This document shows positions 36,101-50,400 of a stretch of 64,000 bases of DNA, piece after piece. Each line of letters starts with the position of its first letter. The stretch's first letter is position 1. A program made the translations under genes and the position numbers. Below the pieces are notes generated by a model, which had not been told where the DNA came from, did not search any database, and saw only the letters and a list, made by a program, of their open reading frames with translations. The DNA comes from Rhopilema esculentum (lineage: Eukaryota), in NCBI RefSeq assembly GCF_013076305.1, contig NW_027019640.1:4810378-4874377 (forward strand). The letters are read 5' to 3'.

Positions 36101-39100
36101 TGATATTTCTGATGCATAATTTCTGAGCAAAATGTCTCATATAAACGAATGTAGTAAGAAAACGTTCCTAGGATTCGTAACCAAATTGCCGGGAGATTGT
36201 TTTTGACAGTTGTTATGAAATTTGTTTCGACACCATAAGCCAGGAACACCTCAGCAGAGGCGCAAATAGATGGCTGCTGCTCAAAAAGCGTCAAATGCTT
36301 TTAGTAATAAATATCTGGTGCAATTGGCGTTATAGCGACCATTTTGCTTAAGGCTTTTCCGTAGCAACAAAAGTTAAACTTATTTATTTTGACTCGAGGA
36401 AAAGCTCAATCTAGACTCCTTAATATTGCACGCCTACATCCTGGATGAGAGGAAAACAAACTTAACATCGGGAACAAAAAGCAAGTTCTTGGAGTTTAAA
36501 TGTCTGGCTCCCATGGTTGCAGAACAAAGCAAAAGATATCAAGGGCGGTGCCAAGCAATTCAAAGTGGAGGGGGGCTCGAGATGAAAGCATAATTTGAAT
36601 AAAACCAAATTTCGAAAAATTTGGTTTACGATATTTTATGGCTATGACTGTAAAGGGCAATCGTTATGCTAGCGGTACATTGAAAGAGGCCGGCGAAAGG
36701 TTGTAGGAGGCTCTAGGTATATCGAAAAGAAGAAGCTGCCCTGTGAGCGATGCAAGCAGAAATTTTTGCGATCACGTACTTTAGATTAGCTTAAAAATAT
36801 TTCAGGATAATTCTTGCAGATATTTTCTTGCAATCGTTTAAAAAACGTTTGCTATTTTTAAGGCATGCTTTAAGTACGTTTGATTAATTCCAGGATTTGA
36901 ATGGAAGTCATCACTTTATGAGGCCCCTAGATCTTGACTTATTCCTTGGAAATTAAGCAATAAATAATTTGTAGCAACTTTCTTATTCTTTCTAGTCTTT
37001 TAAAAACATTTCTTTGCACTTTTTTGAAGCTTCCCAGCCCCCTCTGGCGCCGCCCATGGGCTCGCCCATGGGTATGTTGGTAAAAGAACTTTCAGCAAAG
37101 GAAGAGAAGCTTTGACTTTACTAGGCTGGGAATACCGAAGTTTTCAGAAAGAGGAGGGGCTTGGCTACGGCTACTGTACCTTCTTTCGTTTAGAAAGTAC
37201 ATAGAATAATAGAGCCAGTGGCGTCACCAGCCATGGCCCCCTGGAATTTTCCAGATCGGAGCCCCCCCCCCCAAGCCAATCAACAGAAATTCCATTCATT
37301 TAGATCGTTTAAACTCGTTGAATATATCCAGAATACCAGCTTCAAAGAAAATTGCAAAGAAAATTTTTTGCTGGGTGCCCCTAAAGGTTGGGTCCTTTAG
37401 TCTGTTACACTTTTGAATAGTGCAACGCTCAAATGCTTTAAACATGTGGAAAAAGTAGAACACAATTATGAGTGACATCGGAACGTCGATCGATGATTGA
37501 CTAAAAAACGTGCCGTTTCCAAATTTAATTAAGCGTTATACAAAGGAAAGGATGTGCTTGATGGCTAACAATGATGTAATGGAAATTAGGTTGAAAATGA
37601 AGTGTAATTAGCATATAGAGTGAAGAATATAGAATTAAGTAGGTATGCAGAAAAAGCAATGATGGATTGTAAAAAATGGCCTAAACTGACTCACTACAAG
37701 TGTCTAAGACAGGTTCAGCTGTAAAAGCACAAACTGTTGCAGGTTTTGAATGTAATATTTACAGTACATCAAGATAAGGTTTTTCAATAATGTGGCTATG
37801 CTGAAATTAAGTTTTTACAACGCATCTCCGTATTCTTAGCAGCCATTGGTGTGCACATTGTAGGAAAAATTATAAATGACTTTGAACAGGTATATTCTAT
37901 TCATTCGATTCAAAAATTGGCATAGCTTCTTGTTGCACAGAAGAAACAAAACAAGCTATAAACTGTGAACATCTATATCACCGAAGGAAAAAGGAGCCGT
38001 TTTAGGGACTGCGGGTTCCTGTTAGAATTTTCTTAGGGCCCCGGCTGCCGTAGGTGCAGGGCCAGGGGCCGTGCCCCCTTGACCCCCCAGAACCGCAACT
38101 ACTGAATATGAACACAGAATAGAAAATATTGTTTAAATGCTGGCTGACCTGACAGGCAGTCTTTTTTAAATATGAATTCGAAAAAAGATGTCAAAGAAGA
38201 TGGAGAAGATGAAGATTTTATTTCACTGAAATTTTACACTTAACTTGAGGCTTTCACCTTGCAATTTGCAAAGTTTCCGTTGAGTCCGTCACTATTTTGG
38301 CTTTGAAGGGTTGACTCGGTAAGGGAAATAGTGTTTTAATTAAAATGATACTCGTATTCGTGTACAATAAATTTTTAAAATCTATTTAAATTTGTCTGTT
38401 CTAGTTTGTTTGGAGATTATTCTTTGTGAAAAGGTAGGGAGCGACCCCCGTCGTAATCAGCCGAAGAAGGCGTTACTGAAGCATGAGATCGCCTATTGTT
38501 ACCGTATTATATCCGTTTGACTTTGTTAAAAGGAATTAATTTGTCTTTAGTAAAAGAAAACAAACAAAATGGAGCCTGAAATCGAACACTTCTGTTAAGT
38601 TAACCAGATGCGAAATTTGCATCAATGTCTGTGTCAGTATTAGGCTGTTATTCTTAAATTGTAAATTATTCATTCAAACCTGGAAGTGATTCACATCCGT
38701 AGATCCAAAGGAGGATTCGTTCTCGGAAGGGGTGCCTCTCATGAGTCGGTCGCAACCTGACGGCCAGAACATGTGGTGAGAATTCTTCTGTTAAAAACAT
38801 CAAGTTTTTGGCCCTGGTCGGTCACCCACAAACAGAGAAAGGTAATTGCTACTATGCCCTAAGTTACGTTTGATTCACGAAATAACCGAATTTTTGTTAA
38901 TTAACCTTGACTTTTGTATCCACCGCATAATCAGTTCGTATCGACTGGGCGACTGGCCATGCCAAGTCATTCTTAATTACAATAGAAGTAAGTTTGAAAT
39001 GAAATGCTTGCTTTCAAGACGATATTTCGCTGCTGCGTACACCAAAGAACGAAGCCAGTTGTTATTTTTCTCGGAGAGCCTTTTTATGCTTCTGTTATTT

Positions 39101-39379
39101 TGACAACGAAATTCTTTTGCAGAATTAGGACCTTGAGGGTATGTGAAAAACGTAAATATGGCCCTCGAGTTGCGCGGACTGCTTTCGGAAAAGAGATGTG
39201 TTGAAATCCTAACGCAAACTTTCGTTCTTGAAAACTTCCATTGACGTTTTATTATTGACAAAACATGCTTTTGTACAGAGTTATCGACTGCCAGAGTAAA
39301 TGTTCCAGCAACATCACAGTACAAACAATGATCAGGGACGACGGAAGCAGAGGGGGGAGGATAATACAAAAGGGGTACC

Positions 39380-39850
39380 GCTGAGAGGGCGTGTGTGGAA
39401 TCCATATAGCTTACGCCGGATATATCCGGCGTGGAGTAACGGTTTCCCATTGTATTTATTTTATTAATTGGCGTATATCCGGCGTGAGCTTTACATGGAT
39501 TCTGCCCTTTTGGGGACACGGTCCCTTGTTGCCTACATCATGCCCCTACTCAGGGGCGTCGCCAAAGAGGGGGGAACGGGGGTGCGGTGCCCCCAACAAT
39601 TTCTCCGTCGGCACATTAAGGACTTTTTGCCGGGCAAAAGAAGCAATTTTTAACTCACCCTGGAAACTTTTTGCAACAATTATAAGGTATTAACTTTCCT
39701 GTCAGTATATAAGAGTATTTATCTTTTGACCACACCCTTAAAAAGTGGGACACGCCCGTTTTTGTCGGCAAAAAGCACTTCTTTACCCCTCCCAATTTTT
39801 TTTTCTTCGCTCTTGCCCCTACTAACTTTTAAGAAGGCACCCCTTTCATA
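39380..39850 (+). repeat. Dispersed repeat, family R, copy 2, with an imperfect inverted-repeat module GCCGGATATATCCGGCG x2 (39405-39500)
   Basis: Same blocks as copy 1. It overlaps the artefactual ORFs 38977..39519 (-) and 39391..39693 (+). Confidence 0.55.
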
Positions 39851-40099
39851 CTATTACTATGTAAAACCATATTGATCATTTTGATTTTGGGTCACGTTTG
39901 TTTTTATATTTGTAACCTTATTTTAATTCGATATTGCTTCTAGCTATACATGTATATATATGGATATATACACATACAACTAATCTAAATCGAATCTACT
40001 GTATAACAAATGGAAAGGAAATAACTAAGGAAATAAATACGTACATACATAAGCTAAATATTTGAAGCAACTTGGATATGAATGGACAAATATTACAGG

Positions 40100-40740
40100 A
40101 TATCGATATCATTATATTTGCAAACGTTCCTGTGTCCTATCAATTTTTTGAAGAGATTTTGAAGACGAAAAATACCAAACCAAAGGAGAATAGTTAAAAT
40201 TAGAATACACGAAACTTTGAACAAAAAATTCTTTTTCAGCGAAACCAATAAATGGCTTGATTTGCTTGAGAACGTCCAGTTGTGCCGCAGCTTTTTTTGC
40301 AAAGGTTTGATATATGTAGATCAAAGTTCAATTTGTAGTCTAGTGTTACACCAAGGAGTTTAACAGTCTCTTCAGATTTGATAGAATGTCCTTGAAAGTT
40401 AAGATTTATGCCACAAGTATTTGTCTGGTCCTTTTTAACAAAAAGTGCATGGAATTTGTTCGGGTTCGCAATCATTTCATTTTGTTCGAGCCACGACAAA
40501 GCGCTGTCGGCTTCATTTTCCAAGACCTTGACAAGATCTGGAAAGGATTCGGAAAAGAAAGCAAGCGTGTTATCATCAGCATAATTATACATGGTTGCTT
40601 GCTTTATAAAAGAGAAAAGGTCATTAATGTAGAAATTGAAAAGAAAAGGACCTAAAACTGATCCCTGTGGTACTCCTGATACAATTTCTTGAAAGGAACA
40701 GTAAACGTTATTTATTTCGGACACTCTGCTTCCGTTTTTA
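40100..40740 (-). mobile_element. Degraded non-LTR retrotransposon (LINE) reverse-transcriptase fragment
   Basis: ORF 40236..40724 (-) contains SGVPQGSVLGPFLFNFYINDL...YADD, i.e. RT motifs 3-5. The overlapping frameshifted ORFs 40093..40324 (-) continue with a LINE-type thumb region (..FNYSPLVWYFSS..). Confidence 0.8.
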
Positions 40741-43139
40741 AGATAGGAATGGACAAGAACCAGGGGGTGTTATGCCCCCGAATCCATGATATGTCTAACA
40801 GCTCCTGCTGTGATCATAGGGAGTTCTAGGCAGGATCATTTTCGTATTTTGTGAAGAAATATTCGTTAAAATTCGACGTTCTTTTCGTGATGTAATTCAT
40901 TGATTTTTGAGACGGCCTTTACGTAACCAAAAGTTGTTAATGGGCGATACCTTCATGTAAATTGGCGTTTCTTGTTGGTAAAAACGCGGGTAAAAGGACG
41001 TTTTCTGGCGGTAAAATGAGCACAGCCTTATTTTTATGTTTTGTCACCTCCCCCCTCCCCACGCCTATTTTGCTTGTTCGTCTAGCAAAATATTAAGAAA
41101 AGCATCCATAGGCTCTGAGGAAGGGGGCAAAACAATCTTTTTTGTACTGTGAACTTATAGGATTTTTTAGTAACTACTGTTGATATCATAGCCAAAGAAA
41201 TAATGCAAGGGGGGTTACCGGTCATGTGTCATGGTCCCTTTTCTCTTCTGATGTTTCTTCATTATGTTGAGGGCCTCCCCTAAGAATTTCCCTCTCCCTA
41301 CAAGCTTGCGCTCTCCCTTGGAACTTGAGCTCTAGGTCACCGCAACCGTGTTGCAGCCAGGGGCGTAGCTACTGGGGGTGTGGGGGGAGTCACACTCCTG
41401 ATGTTTTCATACAGTGGTAAAATTCGGGCAAATACTCGGGAATATAACATTCCGGTATGAAAAAGTTCTCTTTATTTTTCAATATACAATACAAAACAAC
41501 GAATAACTTAAATATCTAGATAATTATATCATTTAAGTATATATTCATTGCCATTAAATATATTACATAAACTATTATAAATCAAATTTCCGGAAAAGTT
41601 ATTAAAAACGGAAAAATTCGGGCAAAAACTTTTTGACATCTCCAAATAATTGTAGTTTCAATACTCTTCTGAATGCAGTTGTTGATAGTTTCCGATTCCG
41701 GTTTCGATAATAAGACAGGTCACAATATCCTATTTGTGCACCAAGCAGTGATCTTTGCTTTTCTTTGTCCAGTAATTCACGTGCGATCTAAAATTATCCT
41801 GTTTGCATGGGTTGCTCTTTTCAAATATAGGGATGCGGGAATTCTTGTTTCGCATCTTTAGGCCATCCATCCTTCTTGCTATAATCAGAGAGAGATAGAG
41901 GGGGGTTTAGAAATGCTCTGATTTGCAAGCGGAGCCAGGTTTTTGCATGCAATTTTGCATGAAGTGGTAAGACATCTTACAGAAAAAGGAAGTATTAAGT
42001 TTGACTGTTATATGAAAATCGGAATCTGGCATGATTCAAAGAACTACTGATTTGGCCTTAGTCACTTGATTTCTTGTTGGTTCTTAGAAAAAGTTGTTAA
42101 AAACAAGCCGTGGATGTAGTAATGTTCAAAGTCCAAAAAGGATTGAGTATCCTTGTCGGCCATTTTGAATGTCATTGGAGAGTACAGGGGTGGTTTTGGT
42201 TTCTTGGAAATAGTGGATTGTATTAAAAAATGAGCAGTAATTGTGTAGTGAATCAATTTAGGTTATTTTATACAATCCATCATTTCTTTTTCTGCATTCC
42301 TACGTAATTCTATAATTCTTCATACTCTATGCTAATTACACTTCATTTTCGACCTAATCCATTACATAATTGTTAGCCATCAAGCACATGCTTTCCTTTG
42401 TATAACGGTTAATTAGATTTGCTAGTTTTCTATATCAATACCATAAAGATGATCAATACCATTTCTATGATCAATACACACTTTTGTAAATAATAATTAG
42501 TCAGTAGAAATCACGTTACACATTGCACAAACAGTTTGCATCTCTCTGGCTCCGTGTCCTCTGCTCCATTTTTAAAACTTCACACATCTTCATTAAAATA
42601 AGCGAACACTTCCACGACAGCGACCAAATATATCGATTATTTTATCGATATCTTTTTGTGAACATGATTTGCAACTTTTTCAGCAATTAACACACTTTTT
42701 TGCTTACCTGACTATTCTTGTGATTATTGAACAGTTTATGTTCCATTTCAAGGATGCCAGAAACTCATTATCTTTTTGTAGAAGGAGCAAACCTTTATTA
42801 TGATTTCTGTCGAAGGGTTTGCATTCACGCTTGTGTAACACAGTTTAGAGCACCTTGATTCAGCGTTTTTCAATCTTTTCTATCCACGGCACATTATTTG
42901 CGGATAGTTGTAATTTTTTTTTCAATTCTTTCAATTCTTTCAATTTTTTCAATGGACCAATTAAGTGAAATTATAGAATTCTCCACGGCACACTAGGTAA
43001 TACCTCAAGGAAAATAACTAACAAGAAAATAATTGTCATTTTTATCTTTTTTTATTGTGTTTGACATGCTCTACACCATTTAATGTGATCTTGCTGTCCG
43101 TGAATAGTCTCGTAGCAGTTTTTGCTTAGGGCCCAGATG

Positions 43140-43700
43140 CTTTTATTACACCAAAGCACATACAAAGTAATATTCACTATCACTAAATCGTGCATAGATT
43201 TCTTCCAAAACTTTACCCATTACATTGTAGAAACAATTGAACAGAGCTATGCTTTCTAGATGGGTGTTGGGGTCTTTAGCCTTGCAAAGAAAATAGGTGT
43301 CCTGTCCACTGCCTTTACTGACTCGCACTGGCAAGCCCAGTGTGTTGCACTTTGTCCCTTTTACCTATATGACGGTTCATGTTGAACTTTTCTCTTGAAA
43401 TGGCATGTCTTTTGGTGTTAGCCTCAATGAAATTGTAGAGACCTTGAGCAATACCAAGTCCATTTCTCACTGACTCACTTTCTGCAAGAGTCAACTAATG
43501 GCCAAGGCAGTGGACATAGATGCTCAGCGGAGAACAGTCCTCCATTCGCTTTTCCAAGCCCTCAGCTTTGCCGCCCATGATAGACCGTCGAAGCATTTGC
43601 CAACAAGTTTTTACATACGCTTTTAAGCCGCATTTGTGCAATTGCTGAAGACCGAGTTTTGTAAAATTTAGCAAAAACTTCCTTTCGGACACCATTCAGT
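43140..43700 (-). pseudogene. Possible degraded DNA-transposon (hAT-like?) transposase remnant
   Basis: Adjacent minus-strand ORFs 43495..43695 and 43146..43334 plus an intervening frame give ..SIYVHCLGH*LTLAESESVRNGLGIAQGLYNFIEANTKRHAISREKF.., which weakly resembles the hAT C.AH.LNL block. They are interrupted by stops and a frameshift. Confidence 0.2.
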
Positions 43701-45782
43701 GCAAAAATGACACAAACTAACATTTATTCGTGCTGACGAAAGCAAGATGTTTAATCAATTATGAGAGCAAAATAGCCGCTTTCTTTTACTTATTCGACAA
43801 TCTTCTCAAGCTCTAATTGGGCTGTTGCTGTTCTTTTCGCTTATTTGTCTTATTTTCACCCAATATATTTTTACCATATTCCAATACTTCTGAAAGCGCT
43901 CACGATTACGACAACTTGATTTTTTCATCTCAGATATTTTTAGCCATGTTCAAAATGTAGTTTTTCTTATGCTTTTTGCTTTTGGAGAAGGCTCCTGCCC
44001 GAATTTTGCCCGCAAAAATCAGCTGCCCGAATCTAAGGGGGGGGGGGGCTTCAGCCTCCCCCAGCCCCCCGTCCCGTACGCCTATGGCATTGTGACGTAG
44101 CCCGGCATTGTGATGTAGCAGTGTCACCAAATTTAATCGTTTTGTTTGGATTTTTTCGGTAAAGGGCAACATGTCAGCGTTATAAATTGATAAATAATTG
44201 GATTTATGAAACGAATTTTATCGTTGGAACTTTTAAGTCAGTAACGGTTGGTTAAATAATTTGGCTGGGGGTCCCTTTATCATAATTATCTAGTCTTTAG
44301 CATTGCAGCGAAATCCCTCTACGACGATCTTTGAAGGGACCAAAAGTGTGGCTCGTTATAATGGGAGTTCGTTTAACAATTGACTTGCTTTATCAGAGTA
44401 GTTTGTTAGGCAAAATTGTGGGACCAGAAGCTTTGATCGTTTAAAAGGGAGATTTCCGATTTCAAAGGATCTTTTAGTTTGATTTTTGTTGTTCACGAAT
44501 GACTCCAATTTTTTTCAGTTTACTCGGTTCTGTTCAATACCATCCCATGTAATAACCATAATTAACGAAAAATATAGGCAATCGAAAAGAGCACTTGCCA
44601 AAAGATCTGAAAGAAAATTAAGAGAGACAAGACTGTCAACAAAGTCGCTTATAAATGTTAATAACGATCGTTATTACTGTTTGCTCGAGTGCTATTTCAT
44701 TGATAACTAATTGATAACGAGGTAACGGCGTTTAAATTGCGTAGATTTGTTTATAATCCTAGAGATTCTTTAAAAGCCCAGTGAATTAATACAGATTTTG
44801 AGTCACCATAAACATTCTCACTCCCTCGCTATCGCTTAGAAAGCATTCGTCACGAAACATAACCACAAATAGAAGATGTTTTATAAACATGTTCAATTTT
44901 TAAGAAGATTTTGCAACTTGTTTTAAGATCACATACCACTGCCAGCGATGTGGAAAATTTGTTTGTTCAGAACGTTTTTGTGTAACATTGTTCAGTTCAC
45001 ATAATCTGTATCCAAAATGCGCTTAGTTTCAGGGGCCATGCTGGACCATACTTTAGCCGCGCAGGGTGGCTCCTATGTTTTGCGCTCTTAATAGAAGGAT
45101 TAATAAAAAGGCGCTTATGTTTACCCGAATGACATCGTTAAGTATCGCTGAAGCCAAAATTCCGTTTCATTATCCAAAAGGGGCAACTTGCAGTAGGTTG
45201 TTCTGATAAACGCGCTCGTTAGTTTAACGTTTGAGGTTGTTTTGAGTAAGAAAGCACTTCAATCGAAGGTTCAGATACAATACATCCGTTTTCTGAATCA
45301 CAAGAAGTATTATTGTCTGCATTATCGTATTGGCGTTTTATGGTTGGCAATCATGGCTTCGGTGAGTTCTAGGATAATACAGCTATTTATGTGACGATAA
45401 TCTGTTAAATCTGCTTCATTTCTTGGAAAACAGAGGAATATCAAACCATTTTTAGCCATAACGATGTCATGTCGTTGACATGATTGGTCCTAACGATAGA
45501 ATGCTGTTTGCTGCAAATACGATAAATTCAATAATTTTAACCAGAATGAACAATATTAACGGAGAAAATTTAACATTCTCGAAGTCTTAAGCAGAACTAC
45601 GATCATCACCTTTTCAACATTCGAGAAAAAGCCTACGATGGAGAGCTTTGCACCCCTAGAAAAACTTTTGTATCAGATCGTCAAGCTTCAGTCTATATTG
45701 AGTCAGGGGTCTTCGTAATTTATATGATTACAATGCTTTGGGGATAGGCTGTGCCCATGGTGAAAATGATTTGTTACGTTTT

Positions 45783-46068
45783 TTGTTAAGTTATGTTTTG
45801 TTATTCTATGTTATGTTATTTTATGTTATGTTATGTTATGTTATGCCATGTTACGTTACGTTATGTTATGTTATGTTGTGTTATGTTATGTTATGTTATG
45901 TTATGTTATGTTATGTTATTTTATGTTGTGTTATGTTATGTTATGTTATGTTATGTTATGTTATGTTATGTTATGTTATGTTATGTTATGTTATGTTATG
46001 CTATGTTGTGTTATGTTATGTTATGTTATGTTATGTTATGTTATGTTATGTTAATGTTAGGTTATGTT
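45783..46068 (+). repeat. Pentanucleotide microsatellite (ATGTT)n, about 55 units with a few variant units
   Basis: Direct reading. It produces three overlapping repeat-artefact ORFs with MLCYV iterations. Confidence 0.95.
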
Positions 46069-46574
46069 GAAAACAGCTTGAACCTGACGATCTTGTGTAA
46101 ACATTAACAAAGAACACAAAAAACTAACAAATGGGAAAAATATGGATATCAACCGTCATTTTTGTATTTTCTCACCATTTCGTTGTTTAGTTTAAGAAGT
46201 TTTGTCAATCTTAACAGCGCTTGTATTTTATTAGCTGCTTGACCAAAAGTGTTTCATAGTTTGTTCCCAACCTCAGCAAAGATCCCAAACTTCTGGGACG
46301 CACATAACCTCCAATGGAATGGATAAGGCCTGCTTTCAGAAATGATAATATTTCGACGAATATTAATTTGCATATTATATGGATAATATCAGTTTGCACA
46401 AATCATCATTTTCTCTTTTTTGCAAATGAAAATCTATAAACAAAAAGGCAATATCTTTTAAAGAACAACTTTTCTAGGTTCACAGCCTTTTCATATATTG
46501 TAGAGTTTAGTAAACTTGTATATTTTTTTGTAAAACTTGTAAAAATTTGAGAAACACCGCAACTGATCTTCAAG

Positions 46575-46690
46575 TCCCACTAATGAAAACAAGTAATGGT
46601 CAGCGAGCTTTCTCATATCGTGGTGCTGGAGTTTGGAACCTCTTGGGTTGTGAAGTCAAGCGGGCATCCTCATTGAAAGCATTTAAAGAA
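46575..46690 (+). mobile_element. Short LINE 3'-end remnant (..SERAFSYRGAGVWNLLGCEVKRASSLKAFKEALKK*)
   Basis: It has the same C-terminal signature as 2310-2425 and is followed by the simple repeat (TTTA)n. Confidence 0.45.
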
Positions 46691-47029
46691 GCTTTAAAAA
46701 AATAGTTTATTTATTTATTTATTTATTCATTTGTTCATTATTGTAATTAAATTAGGGTTTTACTTCGTATTTATTTTTAACTTAATTTGTAACGTTTTAT
46801 GCACGGCCCCCTGAAAAGCAATCTATCGATTGACGGGGTTACCGTGCTTAAAGAAATTAAAATGAATGAAAATGAATGAATATGAATTACAATCGGATAT
46901 GAAATACTGAATTACTTCCGCTAGATTTGTTAAACGCCTTTAATGTATACGGTATCATTTCATTTCATTTTTGATTCTAGCATTTGACACCGTGGAAGAT
47001 ATTCCAAGGCCACATGAACGTAGGGATAG

Positions 47030-47406
47030 ATGGGCACTCAGAAGCCACTGATAGCGAATAATAACAAAGTCTCATACACAGCAGTACTGCATCGTTACAT
47101 TGACTCTAAAGAAATGCCATCGAGGTATGATAAGGACACAAACCAGCACCCCTTAGAGCACTTAAACCATGCCACACCTAGACTGCGTCCTGATGAAAAA
47201 GCTTCTGATGACAAATCGCAGAGGAACTCTTTTGACTTTAGGGCGCATCCAAACCTTCCTGGAATCCCCATTCCATATGAATATCATGTTGAAATGAAAC
47301 CTGAAAGTATCTATGTGGAATCAAAAAAAAGAATTCTGCGGAGAGACATCTTTAACTTTTTGGAAGGACATAAAACTTTTTCGAGCAGAGTTTATCACCA
47401 TTTTGT
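47030..47406 (+). CDS. Paralog B exon 1, N-terminus (..KRILRRDIFNFLEGHKTFSSRVYHHFV)
   Basis: ORF 47030..47410; donor GTAAGT at 47407, the same junction position and phase as in paralog A. Confidence 0.8.
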
Positions 47407-50400
47407 GTAAGTATGGACTCATTTTCTTCTACTTTCTTAAAACAGTTATCAATCTGGCTTTCAGAGCCCGGAAATCGTTACTGTCAAACGGTTACAAGAA
47501 GGCCAATGAAATTTACGGAGATGGAAGTGCCACGCCCGAACACCGCCTTATTTCCTTCTTTTGAGAAATGTTTCCAAAGCGTGAGTCGAATGGCCGGTAG
47601 AATAATGGACGCTTTTCTTGATTCTGCTTAATGCGAATCCCAGGCCCTGTCTACGTTTTAAAAGATTAAGAAACGGTTGTACGTCCCCTTTTAAAAAAAT
47701 CTTCAACTAAATGGAAATGAAATTATTAGGACTCTTATTCAGGAAAATGCGTTTTCATCAAAATATGAATTAATCAAAAGCTTGTAAAAACGTTTTATGA
47801 GTTTGCTTTTTTACTTAAGCGAATCACAGTTTTTTCGTCTACAAGGACACGTATATTTTGTTTTTAAAACTAGTTTTGAAAACAGAATATGGCATCAAAT
47901 GTAAATAACAATTTCTGATTCAATGCAACTTTAGCCATTTCTGTTGATTTGATGTTTATTGTGCTATTTTTCTTTCTTTTAGTATATTCATCATTCTTAG
48001 CAGTATTTTGTTCGCAGTTTGCTCCACTCTAAAGGACCAATCAGACACATTTTCTATTCGTATGCGTAATGTCACACTAGGATATGTAAGTTAGCCGTTT
48101 TCGGCATAGATTTTATCTTTTTTATACCGGGTATCTTTCTGTATCAAAATAGCGGTCTGCAAACAAAATTCTACCTTCCATCTGCTGAACCCATCCCAGT
48201 GGATTATTCCGATATCGACTTGTCATTTTTCTCATTTTCTTGATGTCAGAGCTCAGAGAAACCCCTCAACCATCCCATAGATAAAGACAATTTAATAGCC
48301 CTATCTGAAGTCCTCCTGTAATAAGATTTAATTTGATGAAATCACAAGACTTCAACCAAAAACGGACTTTGACCAAAAACTGTTGATCTCAGTTTTGCCT
48401 TGTCGATTTTTGATTAGTAACAGGTCGAAGTTAATCGGATTTCAATCTCTTCTGTTGGCTATGGTTAATGAACTTTTTTCCCAGTTAGCTTGTGTTGGCT
48501 TATATCATTACGTTTAACGAAAATAGACACTACTTTTTAAATGCGTTTTTGAGCAAATCAATTAAAAAAATTATATCCTTGTCTAAAGAAAATGCGCTTT
48601 TTGTATAACCTTTTTCTATGTTCTAGGAATTCTGTTTATTCTTTATTTTCTCCATCGAATATGGCCTACGAGTATGGTCCTGTACTGCTAATAGCAGCTA
48701 CATTAGCTTCCAGGGAAGACTCCGGTTTATTCGCCGACCGATTATGATTCTTGGTAAGCTAGTTTTATTAATAAAGATCAGAAGTATGGGGTGAAGTGTA
48801 GGACCTTTTGAAACTACACATCTTCCGGTCTGTTTTTTAGTTTCAAAGTTATTTTTAACCACGATAAAGAGACTCCTTAAATGTAAACCATTCACATGGC
48901 TCGAAAAGAGTAACCTTCTAATGAGAATTCAAGCTGTAAAAAAGTGGATTGTCTAGGCAACTTAACTACTATGGTAAAAAAGTCGCATATTTTATGTATG
49001 TGTTCATTAAATTTATAATTGCGGACAATCATCAGGACAGCCACATATGAACATGGGAGACACAGTAAATTTGATCGGGATTGGGAAACTGAACGTGAGA
49101 CAGTCAACAGAAAAACACGGGGAATCAAATTGTTCCTAGCGTAATATACTTATCCGTTAGTGATTTTGGAGCTATGCTAAACAGACACATACTCCAATGT
49201 CAGGTCTTACTATTTGCTAAGATCGACACATAAATTCTTTATGCCAAACAGACCAAACTTTTCATTTCATTGGCACTGTTTACAACATGCATGGGAAAAG
49301 TCTCCTTCCACTTTCCATTTTCTTCGACATAGGAAGTGTTTTGACATTAGCAATTTGAAAATTTGCCCCCCCCCCCTCTACCCAAATGTATTAGCATAAT
49401 ATGACACCAGTAAAATACCACTTTAGATGGCTATTGTTACACTCATTTATTATGTCCCCCTTCCCCCAAACAAAAAGTTGTTCCTCGGTCTTGCGTAGAT
49501 ACCAACTGCTGTGCAAATGTAGATCATTTGGAAATGTTGATGGTCAAGGAAATGGGTAACGCTTTTTTCCTTTTTCAGATGCAGTCACTATACTTGCTTC
49601 GGTGATATTGATTGTGACCTTGGCATTGAATTTCCAAACTGATGAATATCGGTGATTATGCGAATTTTTATTCGATCCTTCTTCTCGATGACTTATTCGA
49701 TTGTTATTCGTGATTTGAGCTTAAATAAAAACGTTTTGTTCATTTAAATAAATTTGCTGAATTTATAGCCCACATTATTGGATTACTGAATTTGCATTTA
49801 TATATTTTCATCAGCAAAGAAAGAGGTATTTGTATATGTAGATATGGGGTATTTGATGAGAGGGTGGGGGTGGGGTTGCTTTCAACCCCATTTTCTTTTG
49901 TATTAGCCCTTCAAAATTTTTCCTTGGTCTCACAATTATCTGACAGCAGGTAATATGGCAACAAAGTTGCCTTCATTTATGTCTTCACTGATATAAGGCA
50001 CGACACTGGCTTGGATATTCGGTCATTCATTGTGTCAATGTTGGAGTAGGCAACAAATAGAAAAAAACATAAAATTATTTTCGAATTTCAATTTTTCCGC
50101 TTTTCAGTATTCTTACAAAATAGATTTTACCTTGTCCCATATGCAAAGGCAGAACCATCTTTTACTCTATAGTTTATTTCGCACGTAGGGTTCTTTAAAA
50201 AAATCGGTAAGCAAAATTGCAGGTTATCAGGAAAGAGGGTGTTTGGGGGCACATCTGTGGGTAATTGCGTTCTTCGTTGATATTCTAGTAGAATATTTTT
50301 TTGGCCTTTTTTATGTACCAATTATTGTGTTGTGTAGTATTTCATGGTACTCTCCAGGGGCCTTTGTTATGGTATTATTCACGTTTCTATTTATAAAGTT

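Noticed and set aside
38977-39519. 180-aa minus-strand ORF and overlapping plus-strand ORFs 39391..39693
   Set aside because: They sit inside the palindrome-containing dispersed repeat with no domain signature. Overlapping ORFs on both strands are typical of GC-rich repeat artefacts.
40386-40655. 89-aa plus-strand ORF
   Set aside because: It is antisense to the LINE reverse-transcriptase fragment (40236..40724 on the minus strand). It is a mirror ORF and not a gene.
45738-46107. Three overlapping 73-110-aa ORFs with MLCYV repeats
   Set aside because: They are read-through of the (ATGTT)n microsatellite in all three frames. They are repeat artefacts and not coding.
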